Assembly (NCBI GenBank): GCA_016186705.1
Contig: JACPLB010000003.1
Span: forward strand, 18,508 to 82,507
DNA: 64,000 nucleotides
Reading direction: 5' to 3'
From: Candidatus Kaiserbacteria bacterium
GTDB lineage: Bacteria; Patescibacteriota; Minisyncoccia; Phycocordibacterales; JABMNX01
Of this stretch, positions 47,214 through 55,650 are shown in pieces; the stretch's first letter is position 1, and the number at the start of each line of letters is the position of its first letter. The notes beneath the pieces are model-generated. The model worked only from the letters and a program-made list of their open reading frames with translations, was not told the origin of the DNA and searched no databases. Position numbers and translations under genes: made by a program.

Positions 47214-47471
47214 ATGAAAACACTTGACGCGCGTGCTCTGGGGTACGCAGGGGCAATTATCGGAGCGGCAGGCATGTTGCTTCTCGGCATTCTGGGCAAT
47301 CTCGGTTTCTATACTGGCGCTGTTGCCCAGATGGAAGAATGGCATGCGTTCTTCTCGCTCTCAATTGGGGGCATTATCGGAGGGATGATTGAGGCGGCTG
47401 TGATTAGCTTTGTCGCTCTCTTTATATTTGCGCTTGTCTATAATATGTTCGTGACAAAAAAAGAGAATTGA
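47214..47471 (+). CDS. small two-TM membrane protein (DUF5676-like)
   Basis: Two hydrophobic helices with a MEEWH loop; sits in the copper cluster. Confidence 0.6.
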   Translation: MKTLDARALGYAGAIIGAAGMLLLGILGNLGFYTGAVAQMEEWHAFFSLSIGGIIGGMIEAAVISFVALFIFALVYNMFVTKKEN

Positions 47472-47472
47472 T

Positions 47473-47856
47473 ATGCAGTACGGGTATACAAAAAAAGTAC
47501 CGCTTTCGTTTAAGGAAGCGGTACTGAAAGTCAAAGAAGCGCTCGGCACTGAAGGATTTGGCGTACTTACCGAGATAGACGTCAAAGCGACCATGAAAAA
47601 GAAACTCGGCGTTGATTATGACAATTACGTCATTCTTGGCGCGTGCAATCCGGAGTTCGCGCATAAAGCGCTTCAGGAAGAAAAGGAGATAGGGCTCTTA
47701 CTGCCATGTAACGTCATCGTATACGAGGATAATTCTAACGTTCACGTCTCGGCCATCCTCCCGTCAGCCGCCATGAGCATGGTGAAAAATCAAAAACTGG
47801 CTCAGATATCCAAAGAGGTAGAGGAAAAACTCAAATCTGTCATTCATTCCCTTTAA
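47473..47856 (+). CDS. DUF302 family protein
   Basis: GFGVLTEID, ILGACNP, IGLLLPCNV. Confidence 0.88.
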   Translation: MQYGYTKKVPLSFKEAVLKVKEALGTEGFGVLTEIDVKATMKKKLGVDYDNYVILGACNPEFAHKALQEEKEIGLLLPCNVIVYEDNSNVHVSAILPSAAMSMVKNQKLAQISKEVEEKLKSVIHSL

Positions 47857-47925
47857 GCAGTAGAAATAATTGAAACAGAAAAACCGCCTACTAAGCGGTC
47901 TTTCTGTTCGGTTGCTACATTGGCA

Positions 47926-48048
47926 CTATGTAGAGATTCCAGAGGATTTCTTTTTTCTCCGCTTTTTAACAAGCGAATAGGTGGAGAATATTGCACCTAA
48001 GAGGGCAATACCAGCAATGATTATATTTAAAATAAGTATACTGTTCAT
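47926..48048 (-). CDS. 40-aa single-TM peptide with basic tail
   Basis: Manual translation MNSILILNIIIAGIALLGAIFSTYSLVKKRRKKKSSGIST; starts 12 nt after the stop of the 96-aa gene. Confidence 0.6.
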   Translation of the reverse strand: MNSILILNIIIAGIALLGAIFSTYSLVKKRRKKKSSGIST

Positions 48049-48060
48049 AATTTTCTAGTG

Positions 48061-48351
48061 CTATTTTTTCAATTTATCCACTAACTTTTCCAGTTCAGCA
48101 ACTCGCTGTTTTAATCGTTCTATTTCTTCCTTATTACTCTCCGCATCATCCTCTTTTAAACAGTCGATCAATCCGAGGATTGCTGAAATTAACCAAGCGA
48201 GTGAAGCAAGGATGCCTGCAATACCTGCTGCAATTGCCAATTTAGTGAAAACAGGTTCTGGTGCTCCCACTGCAACTGCAGTCCCTAGACCAGCAGCCGT
48301 TAAAGAAAGCGTGGCAGCCGTGATATTAAAATAACTACTCCAACAAGCCAT
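48061..48351 (-). CDS. hydrophobic helical-hairpin protein with C-terminal coiled coil (bacteriocin-like)
   Basis: Two Ala/Gly-rich helices joined by APEP, bracketed by two Cys; charged heptad tail. Confidence 0.65.
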   Translation of the reverse strand: MACWSSYFNITAATLSLTAAGLGTAVAVGAPEPVFTKLAIAAGIAGILASLAWLISAILGLIDCLKEDDAESNKEEIERLKQRVAELEKLVDKLKK

Positions 48352-48554
48352 CTCTTATTTTTAAGTATTAGTAGTACAACTATAGTATAACAGTAATATA
48401 ATAAGGCCTCAATTCTAAATTAAGTAGTGTGGATAAATACAGATTGTAATATAAATGAGTGATGTTTCCACGGCTTCAGTATATCAAGTCGGCTCATTTG
48501 TGTAAGTCGATCCACGTTGCCTATTTGCTAGAGGTTTAGGACAATGTCGGAACC

Positions 48555-48713
48555 TTAATCAGCAGGAAATTGTTTTTTTACCCAAGGGATAAATACAATA
48601 AAATATAAGAGTAAAAATACCCCAAGCCCTATTTGACCAAACAAAAAATACACTCCTGAACTAAAAATAAACCCAATAAATAATGCTCCTAAAATAAATA
48701 TTCCTGTTTTCAT
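48555..48713 (-). CDS. 52-aa two-TM microprotein
   Basis: Manual translation MKTGIFILGALFIGFIFSSGVYFLFGQIGLGVFLLLYFIVFIPWVKKQFPAD. Confidence 0.6.
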   Translation of the reverse strand: MKTGIFILGALFIGFIFSSGVYFLFGQIGLGVFLLLYFIVFIPWVKKQFPAD

Positions 48714-48761
48714 GATTTCACTTTACTAAATTTAAGGATCTGGGACGATGTAGAAACACTC

Positions 48762-48860
48762 CTATACGACACTTAAATTCTTTAGCTCGTCTGGAGCATC
48801 AATAACCTCTGATTTCCCCTCCATTTCTTCTGGCGAATTAAGTCCAATACCAGTAACCAT
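48762..48860 (-). other. 32-codon ORF or gene remnant directly after the DUF262-HNH gene
   Basis: MVTGIGLNSPEEMEGKSEVIDAPDELKNLSVV with GGAG just upstream. Confidence 0.3.
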
Positions 48861-48869
48861 ACTCCGTTA

Positions 48870-50144
48870 TTATTTAGCAGCCTTTTTCCTCTGCTTTTCC
48901 AGCCTCTTATGGCAGCGTTCATGTAAAAGCTGGGCATTATTTATATCTGTCGTCTTTCCACCTTTACTATGTAATATCACATGATCTGCACTCGACTCAC
49001 GAAAATTTATTGTGCCCCCACATTCGGGGCACAACCCTTTTTGTCTGAAGTAGAGAATTCTCTTTTCTTCCTCCTCGTGATATCTTCTGAAATCTTTCTC
49101 AATAAATGGTTTGATCCGAGAAAATTCGTCAAGCAAAATGTCGAGTCTCGTTTTTATTGAATCTGGGGTTGTCATCACCTTCGCCTCTAATTTATAGGAC
49201 TTATACTTCTCAAATGTAGTAACACCCATACCTTTAGGTGGCTTTTTATCGTATATTCCAAAAGAATAAAGGTTCTTTAGGAATTCTCTTGAGAATGCTG
49301 ACATCTCGTTTATCAGATTACTGTTGTCAGCCTTACGCTTTCTTAAATATGAGACCAGAAGATAAAAAGATAACACCTCCCTTGGTTTAAGACCTGTTAG
49401 TAGATAGTTTAGTGACGAATGGAGAAGATCAAGATTCCCTTTATATGATTTCAACTTATAAGAATTTATCGTGTCTTTGTTTTTATATTTTGCAAGAGCT
49501 GTAATAAAACTCTTCAGCTCAAGACTTGGAAATAGTTTATTTTTGAAATCTCCCTCTAACTCCAGTAGCAACATCTCCGCAGCAAGAAGTCTGTACCTAA
49601 ACCTCTTATCTTTACCCATCAACTTGAAAAGATCATGGCTTTCTCTTGCCTCTTTGAAAGTATCTTTGAAAGATCCTCTGTATGCGCTAATTTTTTCGGC
49701 CCTGTTCAACGGCGATCCTTCTTGAAGCCTAAGAAATGTTTGAACAACATCTTCCTCTTTACTTTCAGAATCATGACTCTTCAATTTTAGGTAATAGATG
49801 GAATACGCATCAGTTAAGAACTTCTGTTTTGTACTCAAGTCTGTATACGAAAGCAGGCCACTTCCTTTAAGTTCAAGGCTTCCTTCTATGTATTTTTTTA
49901 TTGAAAGCAATCTTTGCTGGCCATCAAGGATTTCATACTGACCTCGGTCGTTAATATATAAAACAAGTACACCGACAGAATATCGGCTCTCGATAGATCT
50001 GATCAATTCAATTTGTTGAGTAAGTGTCCATATATCACCCCTCTGATACTCCGAGTTAATAAAAATTTTTCCCGTATCAAAAAGATCTTTAATTTGACCC
50101 ATTACAAAACAATCAAACTCTATATCTGGCACTTGCTGTTTCAT
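48870..50144 (-). CDS. DUF262 plus HNH protein (GmrSD-like candidate defence nuclease)
   Basis: YQR..W, ILDGQQR, FLRLQ.G..L DUF262 motifs; CPEC, DHVI.HSKGG, NAQLLHERCH HNH; visibly AT-rich. Confidence 0.85.
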   Translation of the reverse strand: MKQQVPDIEFDCFVMGQIKDLFDTGKIFINSEYQRGDIWTLTQQIELIRSIESRYSVGVLVLYINDRGQYEILDGQQRLLSIKKYIEGSLELKGSGLLSYTDLSTKQKFLTDAYSIYYLKLKSHDSESKEEDVVQTFLRLQEGSPLNRAEKISAYRGSFKDTFKEARESHDLFKLMGKDKRFRYRLLAAEMLLLELEGDFKNKLFPSLELKSFITALAKYKNKDTINSYKLKSYKGNLDLLHSSLNYLLTGLKPREVLSFYLLVSYLRKRKADNSNLINEMSAFSREFLKNLYSFGIYDKKPPKGMGVTTFEKYKSYKLEAKVMTTPDSIKTRLDILLDEFSRIKPFIEKDFRRYHEEEEKRILYFRQKGLCPECGGTINFRESSADHVILHSKGGKTTDINNAQLLHERCHKRLEKQRKKAAK

Positions 50145-50237
50145 AATAAGGATACTATGCCCATCGCCGATTTTTTACCACTCCAGAGTGTCTCCAACCT
50201 CTTTAGGTGTCCGATACTAAACTAGATTATTGGGAGT

Positions 50238-50819
50238 TTAGGGCTCAAATCTTTTTTCTACCACGCTCCAGTTGAGATTTGAGAGAAAAGCGTCAATGTA
50301 CTTTCCTTTTTCCGCTGGTGTGTAGTCCACCATAAAGGCGTGTTCCCACATATCAAGCGCAAGGAGAATTGGAAGCCCCGAGAGCGTGCCGAGTTCGTGG
50401 TCGGAGACCCACGCAACGTGAGGCACGTTGCCTTTTGGGTCCCAGTAAAGGACTGTCCAGCCAATACCTCTACTCATGCCGACTGCCTTGAAGTGTTCAA
50501 TAAAAGATTCAAAACCTCCATACTTTTCGCCCAACGCTTTTTTCAAAGCTCCGTCTGATATCGCTTGAGCACCGCCTTCAAGCGATTCAAAGTAGTACTC
50601 ATGCATACGCATGCCGTCGAACTCAAATGAAAATCGCCGCCGAAGCTCGGCGATAATGTACGCATTCCTCCCCTTGTCTTGTTCCAGTTCATGAATTTTC
50701 TCGCGGATGAGATTTACATGCTTCACATAGCCCGCGTAGAGTCCGAGATGGACCTCAATTTGTTTTTCCGAAAGCCCGTTTAGTTTCGGAAGAGTAAAAG
50801 TCTGTATTTTATATTCCAT
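50238..50819 (-). CDS. Fe/Mn superoxide dismutase family protein
   Basis: H..LYAGYV, MHEYYF, GIGW, LDMWEHAF, NLNW. Confidence 0.92.
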   Translation of the reverse strand: MEYKIQTFTLPKLNGLSEKQIEVHLGLYAGYVKHVNLIREKIHELEQDKGRNAYIIAELRRRFSFEFDGMRMHEYYFESLEGGAQAISDGALKKALGEKYGGFESFIEHFKAVGMSRGIGWTVLYWDPKGNVPHVAWVSDHELGTLSGLPILLALDMWEHAFMVDYTPAEKGKYIDAFLSNLNWSVVEKRFEP

Positions 50820-50886
50820 ATCTATATATGTTAGTTATTTCTTAAAGTATATCAAAAATTTCCCCCGCTGGCGTTATACTTTTTAT

Positions 50887-51744
50887 ATGAATGCTGTTCG
50901 GCAGTACGCAGGGCTCATTATCACCAGCACCTTTCTTTTTCTCAACCTTTTCATCTGGTCGGCGGTGTTTGCCGAATCGCGAAGCGGGCTTCTTACCGTT
51001 GCGTTTCTTGACGTGGGGCAGGGAGACGCGATTTTCATTGAATCGCCGAACGGAAACCAGATGCTCATTGACGGCGGTCCGAACGGCGCAGTTCTGCGCG
51101 AGCTCTCAAAAATCATGCCGTTTCACGACCGTTTCATTGATGTCATTCTTGCCACGCACCCTGACAAAGACCATATCGCGGGACTCATTGATGTCATAGA
51201 GCGCTATGAAGTAGGGAAGTACCTTGAACCAGGTGTTTTAAATGACACAGGAGTGTACCAAACGCTTCTCAATGCTGTTTCGGAAAAAGAAATTCCCGTC
51301 ACGTACGCACGGCGCGGTATGCACATTGTGCTTGATGAAGGAGTGCGTGCTGATATTTTGTTTCCAGACCGCGATGTGACAAATGTAGAGACGAACTCCG
51401 GTTCCATTGTCCTCCGTGTAGTGTACGGAGAAACGGAATTCATGCTTACCGGAGACGCGCCGCAGAGTATTGAACGATATCTCATGTCGCTTGACGGAAA
51501 CGACCTTCAAAGTGACGTGCTCAAAGCAGGACATCACGGCTCGCGGACATCAAGCGATGAGAGTTTTATCAGTTCGGTGCATCCGGATATCGCCGTCATC
51601 TCGGCAGGGAAGGATAATAGCTACGGGCATCCGCATAAAGAAGTCTTGGAGATTCTTTCAAAAGCCGGCATCAAGATTTTTAACACCGCCGAGGAGGGGA
51701 CTATTATCTTCACATCGGACGGGGTCGCAATTACACAAAAGTAA
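50887..51744 (+). CDS. ComEC-type metallo-beta-lactamase-fold nuclease (stand-alone)
   Basis: FLDVGQGDA, THPDKDHIAG, LTGDA, GHHGS, NSYGHPH. Confidence 0.92.
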   Translation: MNAVRQYAGLIITSTFLFLNLFIWSAVFAESRSGLLTVAFLDVGQGDAIFIESPNGNQMLIDGGPNGAVLRELSKIMPFHDRFIDVILATHPDKDHIAGLIDVIERYEVGKYLEPGVLNDTGVYQTLLNAVSEKEIPVTYARRGMHIVLDEGVRADILFPDRDVTNVETNSGSIVLRVVYGETEFMLTGDAPQSIERYLMSLDGNDLQSDVLKAGHHGSRTSSDESFISSVHPDIAVISAGKDNSYGHPHKEVLEILSKAGIKIFNTAEEGTIIFTSDGVAITQK

Positions 51745-51755
51745 CCCTAACTCAC

Positions 51756-51793
51756 AAAGGATATTTTCTCAGCGATAGCTGAGAAAATATCCT
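51756..51793. repeat. palindrome, copy 2 of the 18534 element
   Basis: aaaggatattttctcagcgatagctgagaaaatatcct matches the reverse complement of copy 1. Confidence 0.85.
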
Positions 51794-51879
51794 ACATGAC
51801 TCTGATGTTGACATGCGGTGATTAATTACTATCCTTAACCTTAGAGGCACCTTAATTTCAAAACTGGAACGAGGCTCAC

Positions 51880-52311
51880 ATGGCTAGTCGCAAGACCCAC
51901 ATGACGACCGAAGAAATCGAGCAGGCATTAACAAAGCTCGGTATTGCTGTGCCGCAACATTACCGCTTTGAATCTATTAATGGAGGATTCCATCTCATTG
52001 GTCCTCCGGGCAGGCAGGTAAACGTGCAGGTTCTGGACAGCGCCTCCGCCGCACGGGTTGCGTTCGGACTCGATCTCATCGAGGTTTTTCCCGAAGTGCT
52101 CAAGATTCTCAAACAGCACGTCAAGAAACCGAACCTGGAACTCTCGCCTGCCGCTAAGCTCATGGACAGGCACTGGGGCGAACAGGCGGCAACTGCAGAA
52201 CAACGTAGCACACCAAGGAAGCGCCAAAGTATCGTCGATGAAGACAGCGAAGCCGGGCACGAAATACGCCGCTTCCTTTTGGAAAACCGGTCCGCGATTA
52301 CTCGCGGATAG
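51880..52311 (+). CDS. hypothetical orphan protein
   Basis: TTGACA(51808)-N16-TATCCT, GAGG RBS, hairpin plus T tract downstream. Confidence 0.7.
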   Translation: MASRKTHMTTEEIEQALTKLGIAVPQHYRFESINGGFHLIGPPGRQVNVQVLDSASAARVAFGLDLIEVFPEVLKILKQHVKKPNLELSPAAKLMDRHWGEQAATAEQRSTPRKRQSIVDEDSEAGHEIRRFLLENRSAITRG

Positions 52312-52420
52312 TTAAGCAAGCTAAGCTCTTTCTGCAAACTCAAAAGCAAAGGGTCCGACGCAGATCGGGCCCTTCATTTTTTCTTTCTGCAGCCTTCTGT
52401 AGACTTTCCGTAAAGATGAG

Positions 52421-52663
52421 TTAAATCAGACCCGCCCTCTTGAGTGTCTTGTAGGCGCCATTCTTGTTAATAGTCTTGATTGCCGTCGTTGAGAGCACGA
52501 GCGTTATTTTCTTGTTGAGTTCCGGAATAAAAAAAGTCTTTTTTTGAAAATTCGGCTGACGCCTACTTTTACCGGTAGGATTAAATTGAGTCGCGCGGGT
52601 ACGATTGCTGTATCTGCCGCCGACCCGGGAGCTTTTATGTGAAACAGGGCATGTTTTTGCCAT
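52421..52663 (-). CDS. rpmB: 50S ribosomal protein L28
   Basis: MAKTCPVSHK, RRQPNFQKK, STTAIKTI. Confidence 0.85.
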   Translation of the reverse strand: MAKTCPVSHKSSRVGGRYSNRTRATQFNPTGKSRRQPNFQKKTFFIPELNKKITLVLSTTAIKTINKNGAYKTLKRAGLI

Positions 52664-52673
52664 ATAATTTTTA

Positions 52674-52824
52674 GCTTTCAGGTGTTAGCTTTCAGCTTTT
52701 AGGAAAATTAAAGGAAAGAAAGCGACCTGAAGTACGAAGAATCTAACATTCATTTTATTTTTTTGCAAATGACCGGAAAAACCGGAAGCTGGAAGCTTCA
52801 AGCTAAAAGCGGTAAGCTGGTAGT
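52674..52824. repeat. two 7-bp repeat tracts in opposite orientation in the divergent rpmB / M50 spacer
   Basis: gctttca ggtgtta gctttca gctttta (52674-52701); cggaagc tggaagc ttcaagc taaaagc ggtaagc tggtagt (52783-52824). Confidence 0.8.
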
Positions 52825-53457
52825 ATGCAGATTGAGCTTCTTTTTATCATCATCATTTTAATTCTCTCGGTCGTCATCCACGAGGCGGCGCATGGATACG
52901 CGGCAAACATGCTCGGCGACCCGACCGCGCGGCTCGCGGGGCGCCTGACGCTCAACCCTCTTAAGCACATTGACCTCCTCGGCTCGATTATCATTCCCGG
53001 CATTCTGGTTCTTTCAAGTTCGCCTTTTCTCTTCGGGTACGCGAAACCGGTGCCGTATAATCCATACAATCTCCGCAATCAAAAGTGGGGGGAAGCGTTC
53101 GTCGCGGGAGCCGGTCCCGGCATTAACGTCGTCATCGCGCTTGCCTTCGGCTTGATAGTGAGATTTGGCTCGGCGCTTAACCTCGTTACCCCGGCGTTCG
53201 TCGAGATAAGCACCGCTATCGTCTTCATCAACATTCTTCTCGCGGTCATCAACATGATTCCCATCCCGCCCTTAGACGGCTCGAAAGTGCTCGCGTCACT
53301 CTTGCCGCTCTCTGTGTCGCAATCTTACGCGCGTGTGCGCATGACGCTCGAACATAATATCTTTCTCGCGTTCGGGCTCGTCATCCTCTTCATTCTTCTT
53401 TTCGGTTCTGCGTTCGTGCAATTTATCTATTTCCTTACCTCGCTCATTATTGGTTAG
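52825..53457 (+). CDS. site-2 protease (M50 family)
   Basis: HEAAH, GDPTA, AGPGIN, NMIPIPPLDG. Confidence 0.93.
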   Translation: MQIELLFIIIILILSVVIHEAAHGYAANMLGDPTARLAGRLTLNPLKHIDLLGSIIIPGILVLSSSPFLFGYAKPVPYNPYNLRNQKWGEAFVAGAGPGINVVIALAFGLIVRFGSALNLVTPAFVEISTAIVFINILLAVINMIPIPPLDGSKVLASLLPLSVSQSYARVRMTLEHNIFLAFGLVILFILLFGSAFVQFIYFLTSLIIG

Positions 53458-53549
53458 TTGACAGATAGTATTTTATGCATTATGATTTTAGTTTAGATAC
53501 TCCTGATACACAACTAAATTGCGCAACCTTTTTCAGAAAGGAAATAACA

Positions 53550-53693
53550 ATGATTAACCGCAACCTCAATAGTTTCAGCGAGAAAGATGAAAGGATTAAT
53601 GACTGGGTAATCGCTATCTACGTACTCCTACTCATTTTCATTGGCGTGATCAGTGCGATATATGGTCCCTCAGTCTCCGAGTTTCCCTTCTAG
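53550..53693 (+). CDS. 47-aa single-TM microprotein
   Basis: TTGACA(53458)-N17-TATGAT, AAGGA RBS, ATG 53550, terminator hairpin downstream. Confidence 0.6.
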   Translation: MINRNLNSFSEKDERINDWVIAIYVLLLIFIGVISAIYGPSVSEFPF

Positions 53694-53866
53694 CTAGGGC
53701 ATGAAACGACTGGATCAAAATCTTCATCACGAACCTTTTCTGAATCTGCTCTCTGCCTTCTCGAAGGGCTCGGCGTTGCCGAGCCTTTTTGTTGCTTTTT
53801 CTTTCTAAAATAGTATAGTGTCTGCTACTGCGGACAGCAGTTTTTTGTTTCACACTATTTCATTAC

Positions 53867-54274
53867 ATGGCAACAACAAATCAATTAATACGCAGGAAGC
53901 GAAAACAGCCAATTACCAAGTCAAAGGCCATTGCTCTTACTCGTGGTTTTAATACGTTAAAAAATCGCCCGACAAAGTACCCTTCTCCGTTCAAACGTGG
54001 CGTGTGCACGAAAGTAACGACAAAAACTCCTAGAAAACCGAACTCCGCCATCCGAAAAATCGCGCGTGTCCGTCTCACGAACGGCATGGAAGTAACCGCC
54101 TACATTCCCGGCGAAGGACACAACCTTCAAGAGCACTCCGTCGTCCTTTTGCGCGGCGGACGAGTAAAAGACATCAACGTGCGATATACAATCGTTCGCG
54201 GAAAACTTGATACCGAGGGAATACCAAAACGAAAGCGGGCACGAAGCCGTTACGGAACTAAAAAGAGCGTGTAA
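53867..54274 (+). CDS. rpsL: 30S ribosomal protein S12
   Basis: [34 protein letters not shown]. Confidence 0.98.
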   Translation: MATTNQLIRRKRKQPITKSKAIALTRGFNTLKNRPTKYPSPFKRGVCTKVTTKTPRKPNSAIRKIARVRLTNGMEVTAYIPGEGHNLQEHSVVLLRGGRVKDINVRYTIVRGKLDTEGIPKRKRARSRYGTKKSV

Positions 54275-54293
54275 TTTTGAACACTGAATCTCT

Positions 54294-54755
54294 ATGCGCA
54301 GGCCCCTTAAAAGAAAAACAGCGTTGCACCCTGACTTTACCTATAATTCGGTGAAAGTGGCAAAGTTCATCAACTGCATTATGGAGCGGGGGAAGAAAAA
54401 TACCGCCCGGAAAATCGTGTACGACACCTTTCATATACTGAAAGAGAAAGGAGACCCCGTTGAAATTTTTGAAACAGCAATTCGCAACGTCGAGCCGTCG
54501 GTTGAGGTTCGCTCGCGCCGGGTCGGAGGAGCAAACTATCAAGTTCCCGTTGAAGTCCGCGCGGAACGCCGACTGGCGCTCGCGATACGCTGGATTATCG
54601 AGGCGGCGCAAAATAGGAAAGGGATGCCTATGCATAAGAAGCTCGCTGACGAGCTTTTGCTTGCAAGTAAGAAAGAAGGAGAAGCGATAAAACGCCGGGA
54701 AAACACCCATAAGATGGCAGAAGCAAACAAAGCGTTTGCTCACTTTGCGTGGTAG
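54294..54755 (+). CDS. rpsG: 30S ribosomal protein S7
   Basis: EVRSRRVGGANYQVP, HKMAEANKAFAHF. Confidence 0.98.
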   Translation: MRRPLKRKTALHPDFTYNSVKVAKFINCIMERGKKNTARKIVYDTFHILKEKGDPVEIFETAIRNVEPSVEVRSRRVGGANYQVPVEVRAERRLALAIRWIIEAAQNRKGMPMHKKLADELLLASKKEGEAIKRRENTHKMAEANKAFAHFAW

Positions 54756-54867
54756 GTACACTCCACGTTTCAATTTTTTGAGTCCGGCAGACCCTTGCAT
54801 TTTTCATAACATGTGGTAAGAAAAGCATTGGTATACCAGTGCTTTTCTCGTACATACGGAGGCTCCA

Positions 54868-55530
54868 ATGAAGCAGGGGTACATACTCGTACTGTTTGCC
54901 ATTGTTCTCTCCGCATGCGCGGAGAGACATGATGACGCACTGCGCGTCCTTGACAGGGAACGTCTTGTCGGAGACGAAGCTGTCTCCTACGAAAACTGCA
55001 TGCCCCTTGTCCGTACCGGACGAGAGGTTCCTGATGACGCTCTTCCCGCATTTGAATTTATACGAGCCGTCTCCTCCCGAATCTTTTCGTGCGAGTACTA
55101 CCGAGGACAGCCGATAAAGGTTTTCGGACACGCGGTGCACATCAAAAAGAAACCGGTGCGCGCCGGCTATGGCTACGCGCTCGCCGATGGAAGCTCCGTC
55201 GTTAAAGAGCTTCTCTCGTCCCACAATCTCTTGTCGTACTACGAAGGCGAGCACGCGAAGATACGCGTGCGTGTTGAAAAACACCACTCGCATCTTTCCT
55301 CGTACGACAAGACGGTCGCCACGTACCTCGTTCAGGGACGGAACGACATTCTCCCGTGGAGGACGGTCGGGGCGCTGTCCGTTGTTGACTTCTCGAAGGG
55401 CGGTAGTGAGTACACTCTCTTCTTGTGGGTGCACGGCGCTCGACTCTCGACGAAGGACATCGTCGAGCGATTTGAAAAAATACTCCCAAACATTATCGCC
55501 CCATTTAACGTGGCGGCGAAGAAACCTTGA
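54868..55530 (+). CDS. orphan lipoprotein between rpsG and fusA
   Basis: Lipobox LSA/C, GGAGG RBS, hairpin after the stop. Confidence 0.75.
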   Translation: MKQGYILVLFAIVLSACAERHDDALRVLDRERLVGDEAVSYENCMPLVRTGREVPDDALPAFEFIRAVSSRIFSCEYYRGQPIKVFGHAVHIKKKPVRAGYGYALADGSSVVKELLSSHNLLSYYEGEHAKIRVRVEKHHSHLSSYDKTVATYLVQGRNDILPWRTVGALSVVDFSKGGSEYTLFLWVHGARLSTKDIVERFEKILPNIIAPFNVAAKKP

Positions 55531-55650
55531 CCCTGCGGAAACGCAGGGTCACGTTGTTTGTGGGCATCCCTGAAGTTGCATTCCCCGCCTTCATGCGCTA
55601 TTCTTCTTCTCATTGTGGCATTCTGTGCCACATTTTGTATTGTAGAGCGT

